A DNA stretch of 28,798 nt from a virus. Its lineage: Duplodnaviria > Caudoviricetes. The DNA is taken from IMG/VR virus record IMGVR_UViG_3300030372_003021, positions 1-28,798 of that record, one strand, 5' to 3'. Under the pieces are notes generated by a model. The model was given only the letters and a program-made list of their open reading frames with translations, was not told the origin of the DNA and did not search any database. Below are positions 9,169 to 18,988 of this stretch, in pieces. Made by a program: the position numbers and the translations under genes. Position 1 is the first letter of the stretch. Each line of letters opens with the position of its first letter.

Positions 9169-9579
9169 ATGTTTGCAGTAATAGGACAAAAAATAGTAAC
9201 AAGATTAGAATCCAGAACAGCTTTTATCGCAGCTAATGGTCAAAACAAAGTTTTTCCTGTGATAATACCACAAGGTGTATCTTACCCTTGCTCTACGTTT
9301 GAAATAACTAATGTATCGAACTTTTTATCTAAAGGTAGTTCTCTTAACTCGTGTGATGTATCAATTCGCATCGCTTGTTTTGCAGACGCATATCTAACAA
9401 CATATTCACAAGCCAAGGCCGCTGTAGAAGCCTTAGACTTGTACGAGGTGACTTATACTGAAGATAGTGTAAGCTACACAGCGAAATTCAGATTTCTTGA
9501 TTTAGACGATGACTATTTCAAGACTCCTGAGAAATTCTACAAAAACGTAAATTTTAACTGTCTAATAATTAAAAATTAA
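9169..9579 (+). CDS. Tail terminator protein
   Basis: VFPVIIPQG..YP motif, size, position before tail tube. Confidence 0.7.
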   Translation: MFAVIGQKIVTRLESRTAFIAANGQNKVFPVIIPQGVSYPCSTFEITNVSNFLSKGSSLNSCDVSIRIACFADAYLTTYSQAKAAVEALDLYEVTYTEDSVSYTAKFRFLDLDDDYFKTPEKFYKNVNFNCLIIKN

Positions 9580-9585
9580 AATAAA

Positions 9586-9987
9586 ATGGCAATTCAAAAC
9601 GCAACAGACGTAGTTTTAAAAATAACTACAGCCGATGGTTTAGAAGCAGTAGCTCACGCTACATCAGCATCACTATCTGTAAATATGGATCTTCGTGATT
9701 CTACAACAAAATCTTCAGCTGGGTGGCAAGAAAACTTAGGTGGTCTTAAATCTTATGAATTAAGTGGAGACGCTTTTGTTGATATAGCTTCACCAACAGG
9801 TGCAGACATAGAATCATTGTTTACAGTTTATGAAGCAAGAACAGCAATAACTTGTACTTTTGGTTTAACAGGAATGTTATACACAGGTACAGCACTTATC
9901 ACTTCAATCTCAATAGACGCAGGTGTAGAAGAAAACGCAACTTATTCAATATCTTTAACTGGAACAGGAGCTTTAGTACAATCTTAA
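9586..9987 (+). CDS. Major tail tube protein (TP901-1-like, minimal)
   Basis: TSASLS...D.T.K.S.GW.E.L.GLKS and G.A.ITS.S..A..E..ATYS.SL.GTG motifs. Confidence 0.9.
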   Translation: MAIQNATDVVLKITTADGLEAVAHATSASLSVNMDLRDSTTKSSAGWQENLGGLKSYELSGDAFVDIASPTGADIESLFTVYEARTAITCTFGLTGMLYTGTALITSISIDAGVEENATYSISLTGTGALVQS

Positions 9988-10011
9988 TATTAACTTTTAA
10001 ATCCAAAAATT

Positions 10012-11721
10012 ATGGCAATTCAAAACGCTTCGGATTTATTGGTTTATGCTAAGACGACTGACCCTGCTAAACAAAAGACTAGGATTAGAGTATTGACTAC
10101 TGACCCTATGACACTAGCTGATGGTGAGACTACAGGTCGTCTTAATGTTAGTAATGCTACAGATGATGGAGGCGTTGTACGAGATAATGTTACAACAGCA
10201 GCAGCATCTAATACAGGTACATCTGTAATGGCTGAACTTGTTACTTTGTTAACTAACGCTACAATGGATTATGATGATATTAGTGGCTCAAATCAAACAG
10301 ATGGTAATTACATTTACAGAGATTTTGAAAATGGTGCTGTTGGATTAGTACCAACTTTACAAATTACAGATGGTACAGTAAGTCCTATCGGAACACTTAA
10401 TGAGGATGCTATTATAATTGAAATAGTTACCCCTGGCTCAAGTGCAATATTTGACCCTGTAGCTTTTAGTACATCAGCTTCGTTTAGCACTAATATGGAT
10501 TTAAGAGATGTAACCAACAAAGATTCAAACGGATGGTCTGAGTCTTTGGGTGGTTTAAAATCTTTTGAGGTCTCTACTGATATATTACAATCAATAAATC
10601 CCGATGTACCTTTAGATGGTACTGATTTCTTCGATAAACTTAAAAATAGAAGTTTAGTCGATTTAAGTTTCTCTGATAGAATTAGAAACATTATTCGCAC
10701 TAACCTTACTCAAAGTGGGGTTGATGGGTTTTTGTTAGGTGGTTTAACACAAACTAACTTACAAACTGATCCTTTTAGTGGAAGTACAGCTAGTAAATTA
10801 GTTACTGGGGCATCTACTACTAATAAATATCTTGGTTATACTATAGATGCTACTAGAGTAGAAAACAAAAAAGTTAATTGGTCGTTTTATGTTAAAGGTA
10901 GTGGTAGTACAACTCAAGCTAGTTTCGCTTTAAGTAATTCTAGTATAGTAGGAGCTTCTACAGTAACAAAGATAGAGGGTCAAGGTACTATTGCCTTTGT
11001 AGCAACTAGTTATTATAAAATAACAGGATTAAGCACATCAGCTTGGACTAGAATATCTTTTCAAACAGATACAATAAATTTATCAGGTAGTTCAACTTTT
11101 TCTTTTTACATCTATCCAGGATTATATTCAGCTCAAGATTCAGATGAAATTTTTACTTCATCTTGGCAAATTGAATTATCACCTGAAGCAACTAATTATC
11201 AAGACCCTACCGATATTACTCATTGGCAAGGTAACGCACTTGTATCTAGTTTAAGTTTTGATGCAGGAGTTGAGGATAATTTAACTTGTTCGGCTACATT
11301 TACTGGAACTAGTAATGTTTATCCAAATGGACTTGGTCCTGAGTTGATTGCAGATACAAGTTTTGATGACCCTAGTTATTGGAGTGTTAGCCCTGGTACA
11401 GCAGGTACTAGTGTTGTAGAAGATGGTTATGGTAAAATTCTTTCAACAGGTGCAAATTCAGATATTAGTAAAGATTTAAACTTGTATGCAACACCAGGCG
11501 ATTATTTTTTATTAACATACACTATACATACAAGCACAGATGGTGAATTAGCTATACACGATGGTTGGGATAATTCAACTGAATTTGATTTAAAGATACC
11601 ATCAACAGTAGGAACACATAAAGTTTTATTAAAACCAGGCGACAATAGTTTAATAATTAAAAGAGCCGCAATTCCGACTACAATTTGGCTAAGTTCAATA
11701 TCACTAAAGAAAGTTTTATAA
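10012..11721 (+). CDS. Second tail tube paralogue with two inserted domains and a C-terminal domain
   Basis: aa 1-16, ~148-222 and ~403-439 align colinearly with the 133-aa tube protein. Confidence 0.85.
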   Translation: MAIQNASDLLVYAKTTDPAKQKTRIRVLTTDPMTLADGETTGRLNVSNATDDGGVVRDNVTTAAASNTGTSVMAELVTLLTNATMDYDDISGSNQTDGNYIYRDFENGAVGLVPTLQITDGTVSPIGTLNEDAIIIEIVTPGSSAIFDPVAFSTSASFSTNMDLRDVTNKDSNGWSESLGGLKSFEVSTDILQSINPDVPLDGTDFFDKLKNRSLVDLSFSDRIRNIIRTNLTQSGVDGFLLGGLTQTNLQTDPFSGSTASKLVTGASTTNKYLGYTIDATRVENKKVNWSFYVKGSGSTTQASFALSNSSIVGASTVTKIEGQGTIAFVATSYYKITGLSTSAWTRISFQTDTINLSGSSTFSFYIYPGLYSAQDSDEIFTSSWQIELSPEATNYQDPTDITHWQGNALVSSLSFDAGVEDNLTCSATFTGTSNVYPNGLGPELIADTSFDDPSYWSVSPGTAGTSVVEDGYGKILSTGANSDISKDLNLYATPGDYFLLTYTIHTSTDGELAIHDGWDNSTEFDLKIPSTVGTHKVLLKPGDNSLIIKRAAIPTTIWLSSISLKKVL

Positions 11722-11750
11722 ATCAATTTAAATTAAAAAGGTAACAAAAA

Positions 11751-12050
11751 ATGAAAAAGGTAGAAATAGGTGGTCAGAAACGACCAATTAGATTTAGTTA
11801 TTTAGCTTTAAAAGACATCTGTAACGATTGTAAGTTAAAGTTAAATGAAATGGACAAGTTAGGAACAGAGATAGACCACGTTGGTATTATCGCTTACTAT
11901 GGTCTAAAATATGGTGCTAAGAAGAACGGAGAAGAGTTTAAGTACAAAGTTCGAGATATTGAACAATGGATAGACAATGAAGATTTCGGTAAGATAAATG
12001 AAATATTTGAAGCGTTTCAATTAGACCAACCTCAGAAAAAGGGAAAGTAG
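11751..12050 (+). CDS. Tail assembly chaperone (lambda G-like)
   Basis: Between tube and tape measure; ends in slippery G-GGA-AAG-TAG. Confidence 0.85.
   Translation: MKKVEIGGQKRPIRFSYLALKDICNDCKLKLNEMDKLGTEIDHVGIIAYYGLKYGAKKNGEEFKYKVRDIEQWIDNEDFGKINEIFEAFQLDQPQKKGK
12041..12047 (+). other. -1 programmed ribosomal frameshift site GGGAAAG
   Basis: Same heptamer as lambda G/GT, correctly phased; -1 frame open to 12421. Confidence 0.9.
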
Positions 12051-12421
12051 AAGAGGGAGAGGAAATTATTGATGAAGAGACAGGTGAAGTAGATTGGGAT
12101 AAGTTAGAAGAAGTTGGATTGGGAATGTTGGGGTTAAGTGATGAAGAATTATATGATTTGACCCCACGTTCCTTAGACAACAAAATAAGAGGTTTTAGAA
12201 AGTACAATGAACAGCTTTCTCAAAACAGATGGGAACAGACTAGAATGATAGTACACAGTTGTATAGTGCCTCACTCAAAACATCGACTTAAACCTAAAGA
12301 ATTAATGCCTTTCCCTTGGGATAACAAAGTTAAAATTAAAAAAGATATTGCTAGTAAAGAGCAAATCGCTGAGGTTCTTAAAAGATACAAACTAATAGAA
12401 CCTAAAAAAATCAAAGTTTAA
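12041..12421 (+). CDS. Tail assembly chaperone T part, expressed as G-T fusion (11751-12421)
   Basis: -1 frame GKVEEGEE... is continuous with ORF 12119-12421 (LYDLTPR, WEQTR, PFPWD). Confidence 0.85.
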   Translation, partial: GKVEEGEEIIDEETGEVDWDKLEEVGLGMLGLSDEELYDLTPRSLDNKIRGFRKYNEQLSQNRWEQTRMIVHSCIVPHSKHRLKPKELMPFPWDNKVKIKKDIASKEQIAEVLKRYKLIEPKKIKV

Positions 12422-12422
12422 A

Positions 12423-14600
12423 ATGGGTGGAGTAAAAACTATATCGATAATTGTAGCTGCTAATATCAAAGGCTTAGAGGCAAGTCTTGGTAAAGCAAAT
12501 AAATCAATAGTGGGTTTTGCTTCTAACGCAGCTCGTATTGGTTCGACACTTACTTTTGGTGTTACAGCACCTTTAGTTGCTATGGGTAAATCAGCCTTCG
12601 ATACATTCTCTCAGTTTGAGAATAGTATGATGAAGGTAAACACAGTAACTGGTGCTACTGCCGAAGAGTTTAAAATGCTCACAGCCGAAGCTAAACGATT
12701 AGGTGCAACTACTCAATTTACAGCCTCTCAAGTAGCTGACTTACAATTAATTTTAGGTCGTAAAGGATTTGATCCTAAAGCTATACAAGGAATGACTAGC
12801 TCTATACTAGACCTTGCCTTAGCTACTGGAGAAGATTTATCTTTAGCATCTGAAGTTGTATCTAAATCTATAAATGCTTTTGGATTAGAAACAGAGCAAT
12901 CAGCAAGAGTAGCGAATACATTAGCTAGTGCAGCTGCAAATTCATCAATGCAACTTAGCACTTTTGCAACTGCTTTTGCAAACGCTGGTGCTTCTGCAAG
13001 TTCAGTAGGTGTAGATATAGAAGAATTATCTGCTATGATGGGTGTTTTGATGGATAATGGTATCAAAGCAAGTAAAGCAGGTACAGGTCTTAATGGTTTG
13101 TTTATTAGATTAAAAGAAAATGGTATTTCTTTATCAAGTACCTTAGACTTTTTATCACAAGGCGAATTAACATTAGAAAGAGCAACAGATCTTGTTGGTA
13201 GAAACTTTAGTAAGCAGTTATTAATATTAGCTAAGAATAGAGATGCAGTAAAAGATTTAACTACTGAATTTAAGACAAACACTACTAGGTTAAATGAAAT
13301 GGCAGATGCGATGAGTAAAACTACTGTTGCAAAAGTTAAAAAAATGCAATCGGCAATAGAGGGTTTAAACTTAGAATTAGGTGCTTTACTTTCTGATAGA
13401 ATTATGCCTCTTATAAAACTTTTAACTAATTTAGCAAATAAATTTAGTGGCTTAGATGATAAAACTCAAAACGTTATTGTAACTGTAAGTTCTGTTGCAG
13501 CAGCTATAGGTCCACTAGCTTTGATAATAGGTGGTTTAGGTGGAGCTTTAGTAGCAGGACTATCAGCGATGGGTGGTTTTATAGCAGCAGCAGCACCAGT
13601 AGTTCTTGTTGTTGGGGCAATAGTTGTTATAATAGATAAGTTAATTTTAGTCTTAGGTATTTTAGGTCAAGCTGTTATAGATAATGGTAAGGCATTAAAA
13701 GATAGATTTAAAAATTTAGCAAACTCTATAGGTAATTTTTTTATTAATATGTTTAATAAAACAGTTACTAAGTTAAGGGATATAGCTGCTAAGTTTGGTA
13801 TAACAATATTTGAAAATTTTAAACCTGCAGAAGAATTAACTATTATACCTGATAATGAATTAAGTAAATTTGCTAAGTTTTCAGATAGTTCTTCAAAATT
13901 TTTTAAGACATACAAAGACTTTAAGAGTAGTGTTGGTGAAGGAATAATGGGTGTGTTTGATTTTGGATTTGAAGGTTCAAGCGGAGGTGAAGCAACACCT
14001 ACACAAGAACCTAAAACACGATCCCTTCAAGAAGCTTACGATGCTATATTTGGCGAAAACGCTTTTGCAGCATATCAAGAAGATATTAGATTAAAACAAG
14101 AGCAACTAGCATCAGCTCAAAGATGGACTAATTCACTTAATAGTTTAGCTGTTAGTTTATCGGAAAACTTTGCTCAATCATTTGCAGATACTATTTTAAG
14201 TGGTCAAAACTTTTTACAAGGTCTAGGTCAAATATTTAAAGATTTAGCTAAACAAATTACTTCGATGATAATTAAAGCACTTGTCCTAAGTGCTATACTT
14301 TCTTTAACTGGACTTGGTGGTACAGCAGCAGCTCAGAAAAAGTTTGGACAAAATCAAGGATTTAAAGATATATTAGGTGGTATGTTCGGTGGAGGATTTG
14401 CTAGTGGTGGTCAACCACCTTTAGGTAAAATCAGTCTCGTTGGGGAACAAGGACCAGAATTATTTGTTCCAAACTCACAAAAAGGAACTATAATTCCTAA
14501 TGGAGGTTTTGGTGGTTCGACTACACCTGATGTAAGAATATCGGGTGATGATTTATTAATTGTATTTGATAGAGCTAACAGAAGAAAAGCTAGAAGGTAA
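12423..14600 (+). CDS. Tape measure protein (TP901 family core)
   Basis: AKRLGATTQFTASQVA, LDLALATG, GIKASKAGT core; C-terminal FASGG...VGEQGPELFVP. Confidence 0.95.
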   Translation: MGGVKTISIIVAANIKGLEASLGKANKSIVGFASNAARIGSTLTFGVTAPLVAMGKSAFDTFSQFENSMMKVNTVTGATAEEFKMLTAEAKRLGATTQFTASQVADLQLILGRKGFDPKAIQGMTSSILDLALATGEDLSLASEVVSKSINAFGLETEQSARVANTLASAAANSSMQLSTFATAFANAGASASSVGVDIEELSAMMGVLMDNGIKASKAGTGLNGLFIRLKENGISLSSTLDFLSQGELTLERATDLVGRNFSKQLLILAKNRDAVKDLTTEFKTNTTRLNEMADAMSKTTVAKVKKMQSAIEGLNLELGALLSDRIMPLIKLLTNLANKFSGLDDKTQNVIVTVSSVAAAIGPLALIIGGLGGALVAGLSAMGGFIAAAAPVVLVVGAIVVIIDKLILVLGILGQAVIDNGKALKDRFKNLANSIGNFFINMFNKTVTKLRDIAAKFGITIFENFKPAEELTIIPDNELSKFAKFSDSSSKFFKTYKDFKSSVGEGIMGVFDFGFEGSSGGEATPTQEPKTRSLQEAYDAIFGENAFAAYQEDIRLKQEQLASAQRWTNSLNSLAVSLSENFAQSFADTILSGQNFLQGLGQIFKDLAKQITSMIIKALVLSAILSLTGLGGTAAAQKKFGQNQGFKDILGGMFGGGFASGGQPPLGKISLVGEQGPELFVPNSQKGTIIPNGGFGGSTTPDVRISGDDLLIVFDRANRRKARR

Positions 14601-14603
14601 ATT

Positions 14604-17600
14604 ATGGCATACGGAAAGTACAGAGATTCTCAAATAAAAGGCGAGGCAGGTACAACTTGGTACGTTGAAATTTGGAAAAAAAGCTATTCAGGTAGTAGTA
14701 CCGATATAAATCTTCAAGGTGAGGGTTTTGAGGTTAAATGGACTGGCCAAGGTGGCACAAGAAATAGACAATTTTTAAATTCAGAATGTATTGTAAGTTT
14801 TTATGCTGAAAATAATGTTGATGAGGCATTTATATATGATGTATTTCAAAAGGGTGATAAAGAGTATTTTATTAGAATATATAAAAATAGTGTAAGTAAC
14901 GCTAACCTTTGGTGGTTTGGATGGGTGCAACCATCATTTGATACTTTATCTAACGAGCCTTTTCCTTATCCAGTTAAAATAATTGCTACCGATTCTATAG
15001 GTGTTTATAAAGAAAGAGAAGACGATACTTTATCAACATCTACTTGGAATAAAGCTTATAGGATAAATAATCATATAAACGATTTTGGTAGCACAATGTC
15101 TTTATTTGACCATTCATCTGCAAACGAATCTCCAATACCACAAAACCATAAGTGGTTTAAGACGGGAATAGATTGGTTTAGAGATGGTGAAACTTACGAA
15201 GCTAACGACCCTTTTTATTCTTACTATATTACAAATGCAGCATATAGAGGTGATGTTGAAAAAAAACCTTTAAAATACAAAAAGTACGATGTGCTAAAAG
15301 GTTCTTTACAAACATTTAATACTATAGGTTTTTTAAGTAATGGTAATTATTATTTTATTCAACCAAATAATAAAATAGCTACAAGTGGCTTAATAAAAAC
15401 ATACAATTATTTAGGCACAGACAATGAAGTAGCTTCAGGTGGTAATATAGCAGATGAAAATGTAAATCTTACTATAGACCAATCTGCTAATTATATTTTA
15501 GCAGGTTCAACAATTACTTTTGACCCAGTTTTAAAAAGTGTAACTTGTGATTTTATAAATGGTGAGTCTACATTTTTTGTTCCTGATGATGCAGATTTAA
15601 CAACTGGTTTTACAGCAGGTTTACTACAAGGAGACACTGATGAGCAAGGCTCAATGTCTATAAATTTCGCAGCAACTCATAAAGAAGTTTTTAACAGAAA
15701 TCAATTAAACTTTCCAAGTTCATCTTACGATTTAGTAAACGCAGGACACAAAACAACAGCTCAGTTGCAAATTAAAATCGGAACAGGAGCGGATACAAGA
15801 TATTTAAGACAAGGTGCAGGTATTTTAGAGTGGGGTACAGATACTACTGTACACACAATGACTTTAGTTAGAGGTAAAAGTGCTAATGGATCGGGCACTA
15901 TTTTAAATAATGCAGATAGTGATTATGTAGATATTAGTACAATAAGAAATATAGACGAAATAGGTGACAATTTATCATTATCAAGTGCAGAATTTCGACC
16001 TTGTAGAGTACAAAGAGTTGGGGATGCATACATAGCAGAAACTGCTATAAAATTTGCAGGTTCATTTCCTGTACCATTAGTTTCAGGAGAAGTAGTTATT
16101 ACTCTTACTGCTACAAATGAATATACTCCTTACTATTATCAATATCCAAGTAACCCATCTTGGGCAGTCAATTCTGGTGGTACAACTTATCAAAATCAAA
16201 CACCATCTACAGTTACTAGAACAACTAAATCAGGGTCTTTTTATGGTATCAATACTGCTAGTATTACAGTAGCAGGATATAATGCATTAGCTCTTGGAAA
16301 TCAAGTTGGGTTGACTTTTACTACTAATCAATCTAATAATGATGCTTTTGAAAATTTAGATTTAGGTGAAATTGAAGTAGGTCAAACTACTTCAGGTTTA
16401 GCAAATTCTCAAAATGCAATTTTTTCTGTTCAACACAATACAGGTACTGATGCTGACCCTGTGATGTTTACTTCAACACAAGGTTTTAGGGCAAATGATA
16501 CTGGTGATTATTTAAATATTTTACAACTATTAACAAGAGAATTTTTACAATTACAAACAGAACCTTTAGAAATACTACAAGCAGATGTATTTAGTTCAGA
16601 TATATCGCCTATTAAAAATTTAAAATATTCAATAAATAATGATGGTGTATTTAAGTACTATCAATTTTTAGGAGGTACATTTAAAGCTCAAAGTGAAACA
16701 ATGAGCGGTGAATGGTTTAAAATAAGTACAAGTGCTAGTGTTACAGTAGGTAGTCCTGATGGTATAAATGCAGGTAGAGCTATGTCACCTTCTTCGTTAG
16801 GTGTATTAAGTTCAGGTGAAAATATTAATAGTAAGATAATATTAAATCAAATAAACGAAAACAGTTTAGGTACAACAAACGCAGCGATACAATCAGGTAC
16901 AGCTACTACACAAATTACATTAGTAGATAATACTAGGGCTAAAATATATAGTGGTCAAAAAATACAAATCACTTATGCTGATGGTTCAAACTCTCTTACA
17001 TTAACAGCTTCTAGTGATGTTGCAACAAGCTCAAAACAAATACCTGTAACTTCATTTACTCCTGAATTAGATTATCCATTAGGCTGTATAGTTAGCCCTT
17101 TAGTTTACGACCTAACCAATGTAATTACAGGAGGCGGTGGAGGTAGCACGAGTCCAGGAGGATCAGATACACAGGTTCAGTTTAATGATGGAGGGTCTTT
17201 TGGTGGTACTGATTTAATGACTATCGGTACAGATAAAGTTACATTTACAGGTAATGTTGAAATACAAGGCTCAAATGAAAAAATAAAGTTAAATAGTGGT
17301 GGGGATATTATTTTTGATGATGATGTAAACGGAGGGTCAGGAAGTGGAGGTATATTGTACAGAGATTCAGGAGGGGGCTTAAAATTTGCTTTTGTAATTC
17401 ATCCAACTAATATAGTTACAATATGTAACAGAGCCTCAAATGGCGAAGTACAAATTAGAGCAAACACATCATCAGCAGGAGCAGCGGGTGAGTTAACTAT
17501 AGCGACATTTAAAGATACGTCTGTTGACTTTTTAAATGGAGCTGAACTAAGAGGAACGAACATAGGTAACATATTTGACACAGCAGCTTATTTAACGCCT

Positions 17601-17966
17601 ATTGATTTTAGCATTAGTAATAATACAGGTTTAGCACCATATACTAAAGATACTTCGGATGGAGCAACAGCAGCAATAAATTCTGCAACTTCATCAATGT
17701 TTGCCTCTTTTCAAATACCAATCGGTTATGAGGCTACTCACGTTCAAGTAAATGGAAATTCAAGTTCATCAACTTTCAATGTTTATGTTTGTAATATATC
17801 TGATGCTACAGTTTCAGCCTTAACAAGTTCTCCAAGTGTTGGAACAAATCAAGCATTATCATCAGCTCAATCAGGTTTACTTGGTAGATATTTAAGTATA
17901 GAATTTACTCCAGGAGCTACTAATAGAACAATCTATGGAGCTAAAATAACATTATCAAGATTATAA
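14604..17966 (+). CDS. Large tail tip protein (hub plus fibre/receptor-binding region)
   Basis: Directly after TMP; S/T/G-rich beta-like C-half; fibre motif PGGSDTQVQFNDGGSFGG. Confidence 0.75.
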   Translation: MAYGKYRDSQIKGEAGTTWYVEIWKKSYSGSSTDINLQGEGFEVKWTGQGGTRNRQFLNSECIVSFYAENNVDEAFIYDVFQKGDKEYFIRIYKNSVSNANLWWFGWVQPSFDTLSNEPFPYPVKIIATDSIGVYKEREDDTLSTSTWNKAYRINNHINDFGSTMSLFDHSSANESPIPQNHKWFKTGIDWFRDGETYEANDPFYSYYITNAAYRGDVEKKPLKYKKYDVLKGSLQTFNTIGFLSNGNYYFIQPNNKIATSGLIKTYNYLGTDNEVASGGNIADENVNLTIDQSANYILAGSTITFDPVLKSVTCDFINGESTFFVPDDADLTTGFTAGLLQGDTDEQGSMSINFAATHKEVFNRNQLNFPSSSYDLVNAGHKTTAQLQIKIGTGADTRYLRQGAGILEWGTDTTVHTMTLVRGKSANGSGTILNNADSDYVDISTIRNIDEIGDNLSLSSAEFRPCRVQRVGDAYIAETAIKFAGSFPVPLVSGEVVITLTATNEYTPYYYQYPSNPSWAVNSGGTTYQNQTPSTVTRTTKSGSFYGINTASITVAGYNALALGNQVGLTFTTNQSNNDAFENLDLGEIEVGQTTSGLANSQNAIFSVQHNTGTDADPVMFTSTQGFRANDTGDYLNILQLLTREFLQLQTEPLEILQADVFSSDISPIKNLKYSINNDGVFKYYQFLGGTFKAQSETMSGEWFKISTSASVTVGSPDGINAGRAMSPSSLGVLSSGENINSKIILNQINENSLGTTNAAIQSGTATTQITLVDNTRAKIYSGQKIQITYADGSNSLTLTASSDVATSSKQIPVTSFTPELDYPLGCIVSPLVYDLTNVITGGGGGSTSPGGSDTQVQFNDGGSFGGTDLMTIGTDKVTFTGNVEIQGSNEKIKLNSGGDIIFDDDVNGGSGSGGILYRDSGGGLKFAFVIHPTNIVTICNRASNGEVQIRANTSSAGAAGELTIATFKDTSVDFLNGAELRGTNIGNIFDTAAYLTPIDFSISNNTGLAPYTKDTSDGATAAINSATSSMFASFQIPIGYEATHVQVNGNSSSSTFNVYVCNISDATVSALTSSPSVGTNQALSSAQSGLLGRYLSIEFTPGATNRTIYGAKITLSRL

Positions 17967-18034
17967 ATAGGGAGATTGATTGTAGTGTATCTTTTTGCTA
18001 CCTTTTCGATAGACTACTTTCACTCCCTTTATTT
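17965..18034 (+). ncRNA. Extended intergenic hairpin between tail and lysis genes
   Basis: GGGAG/CTCCC, TGA/TCA and GTAGTGTATC/GATAGACTAC stems around a pyrimidine-rich loop. Confidence 0.55.
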
Positions 18035-18057
18035 AAAACAAAATAATAAAACTAAAA

Positions 18058-18285
18058 ATGCAAGTTACAATAGGAATAATAGAGGTAATAATATCAGTTA
18101 TTGTATTGTTATCTACTGGTGTTGGAGTATGGACTAATCTTCAAACTAAGGTAACTAAACTTTCTTCTAGGGTATATCACTTAGAGCAATCTGATAACGA
18201 ATTAAAGATTATCTTAGCAGATATATCGACTAAATTACACAAGATAGAATTATTGTTAGCTGCTAATCAAATTAAAGAGAAGTGA
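18058..18285 (+). CDS. Single-TM coiled-coil protein, holin/lysis accessory candidate
   Basis: Hydrophobic aa ~3-25 then heptad pattern; upstream of endolysin. Confidence 0.6.
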   Translation: MQVTIGIIEVIISVIVLLSTGVGVWTNLQTKVTKLSSRVYHLEQSDNELKIILADISTKLHKIELLLAANQIKEK

Positions 18286-18515
18286 CTAAAGAAATACAAG
18301 ACCAAACTTTTGTTATTAGTGTAAGAAACTTTATTGCTATAGGTGCGGCTAGTTTATTACTTGTTGGAGAGTATTTAGTTTTACAAAACGATATTAATGA
18401 AGCTAAGAGTTTACCTAAAACCGAAGTAAGTAAAATAGAATTTGACTTTACTAATAAGAAGTTGCAATATCAAATTGATGCTTTAAAAGAAGAATTAGAA
18501 TCACTAAAAAAGTAG
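18282..18515 (+). CDS. Single-TM coiled-coil protein in lysis cassette
   Basis: FIAIGAASLLLVGEYLVL segment; GTGA overlap with upstream gene. Confidence 0.6.
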   Translation: MTKEIQDQTFVISVRNFIAIGAASLLLVGEYLVLQNDINEAKSLPKTEVSKIEFDFTNKKLQYQIDALKEELESLKK

Positions 18516-18520
18516 TATAA

Positions 18521-18988
18521 ATGAGACTAAGTAAAAATTTTGTGTTATCGGAAATTACTAGAAGTAACACAGCCAAAAGACTTGGAATAGATAATGAGCC
18601 AACAAAAAAAGACTTGGAAAATATCCAAAGACTTATTACAAATATTTTACAGCCTCTTCGCAACCATCTTGGTCCTATCAGGATTAGTAGTGGTTATCGC
18701 AACAAGGAACTCAATCGTGCTATTGGTGGAAGCAATAAGTCACAGCACAGCAAAGGTGAGGCACTTGATATACAATTTTGGAAAGATGGTCAAATGTGTA
18801 ATAAAAAAGTTTACGACTGGATTATAGATAATGCAGTTGAGTTTGACCAAATGATAAATGAATTTGACTTTTCTTGGATTCACATATCTCTTAAAAAATC
18901 TAAAAACAGACGAGAAGTATTAGAGGCTTACAAAGATAAGGATGGAGACACACAATACAGATACGCACCTGATATAATTACATTATGA
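18521..18988 (+). CDS. Endolysin, peptidase M15 family
   Basis: LSKNF.LSE, SSGYR, SQH..GEA.D, WIHIS Zn-peptidase motifs. Confidence 0.92.
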   Translation: MRLSKNFVLSEITRSNTAKRLGIDNEPTKKDLENIQRLITNILQPLRNHLGPIRISSGYRNKELNRAIGGSNKSQHSKGEALDIQFWKDGQMCNKKVYDWIIDNAVEFDQMINEFDFSWIHISLKKSKNRREVLEAYKDKDGDTQYRYAPDIITL

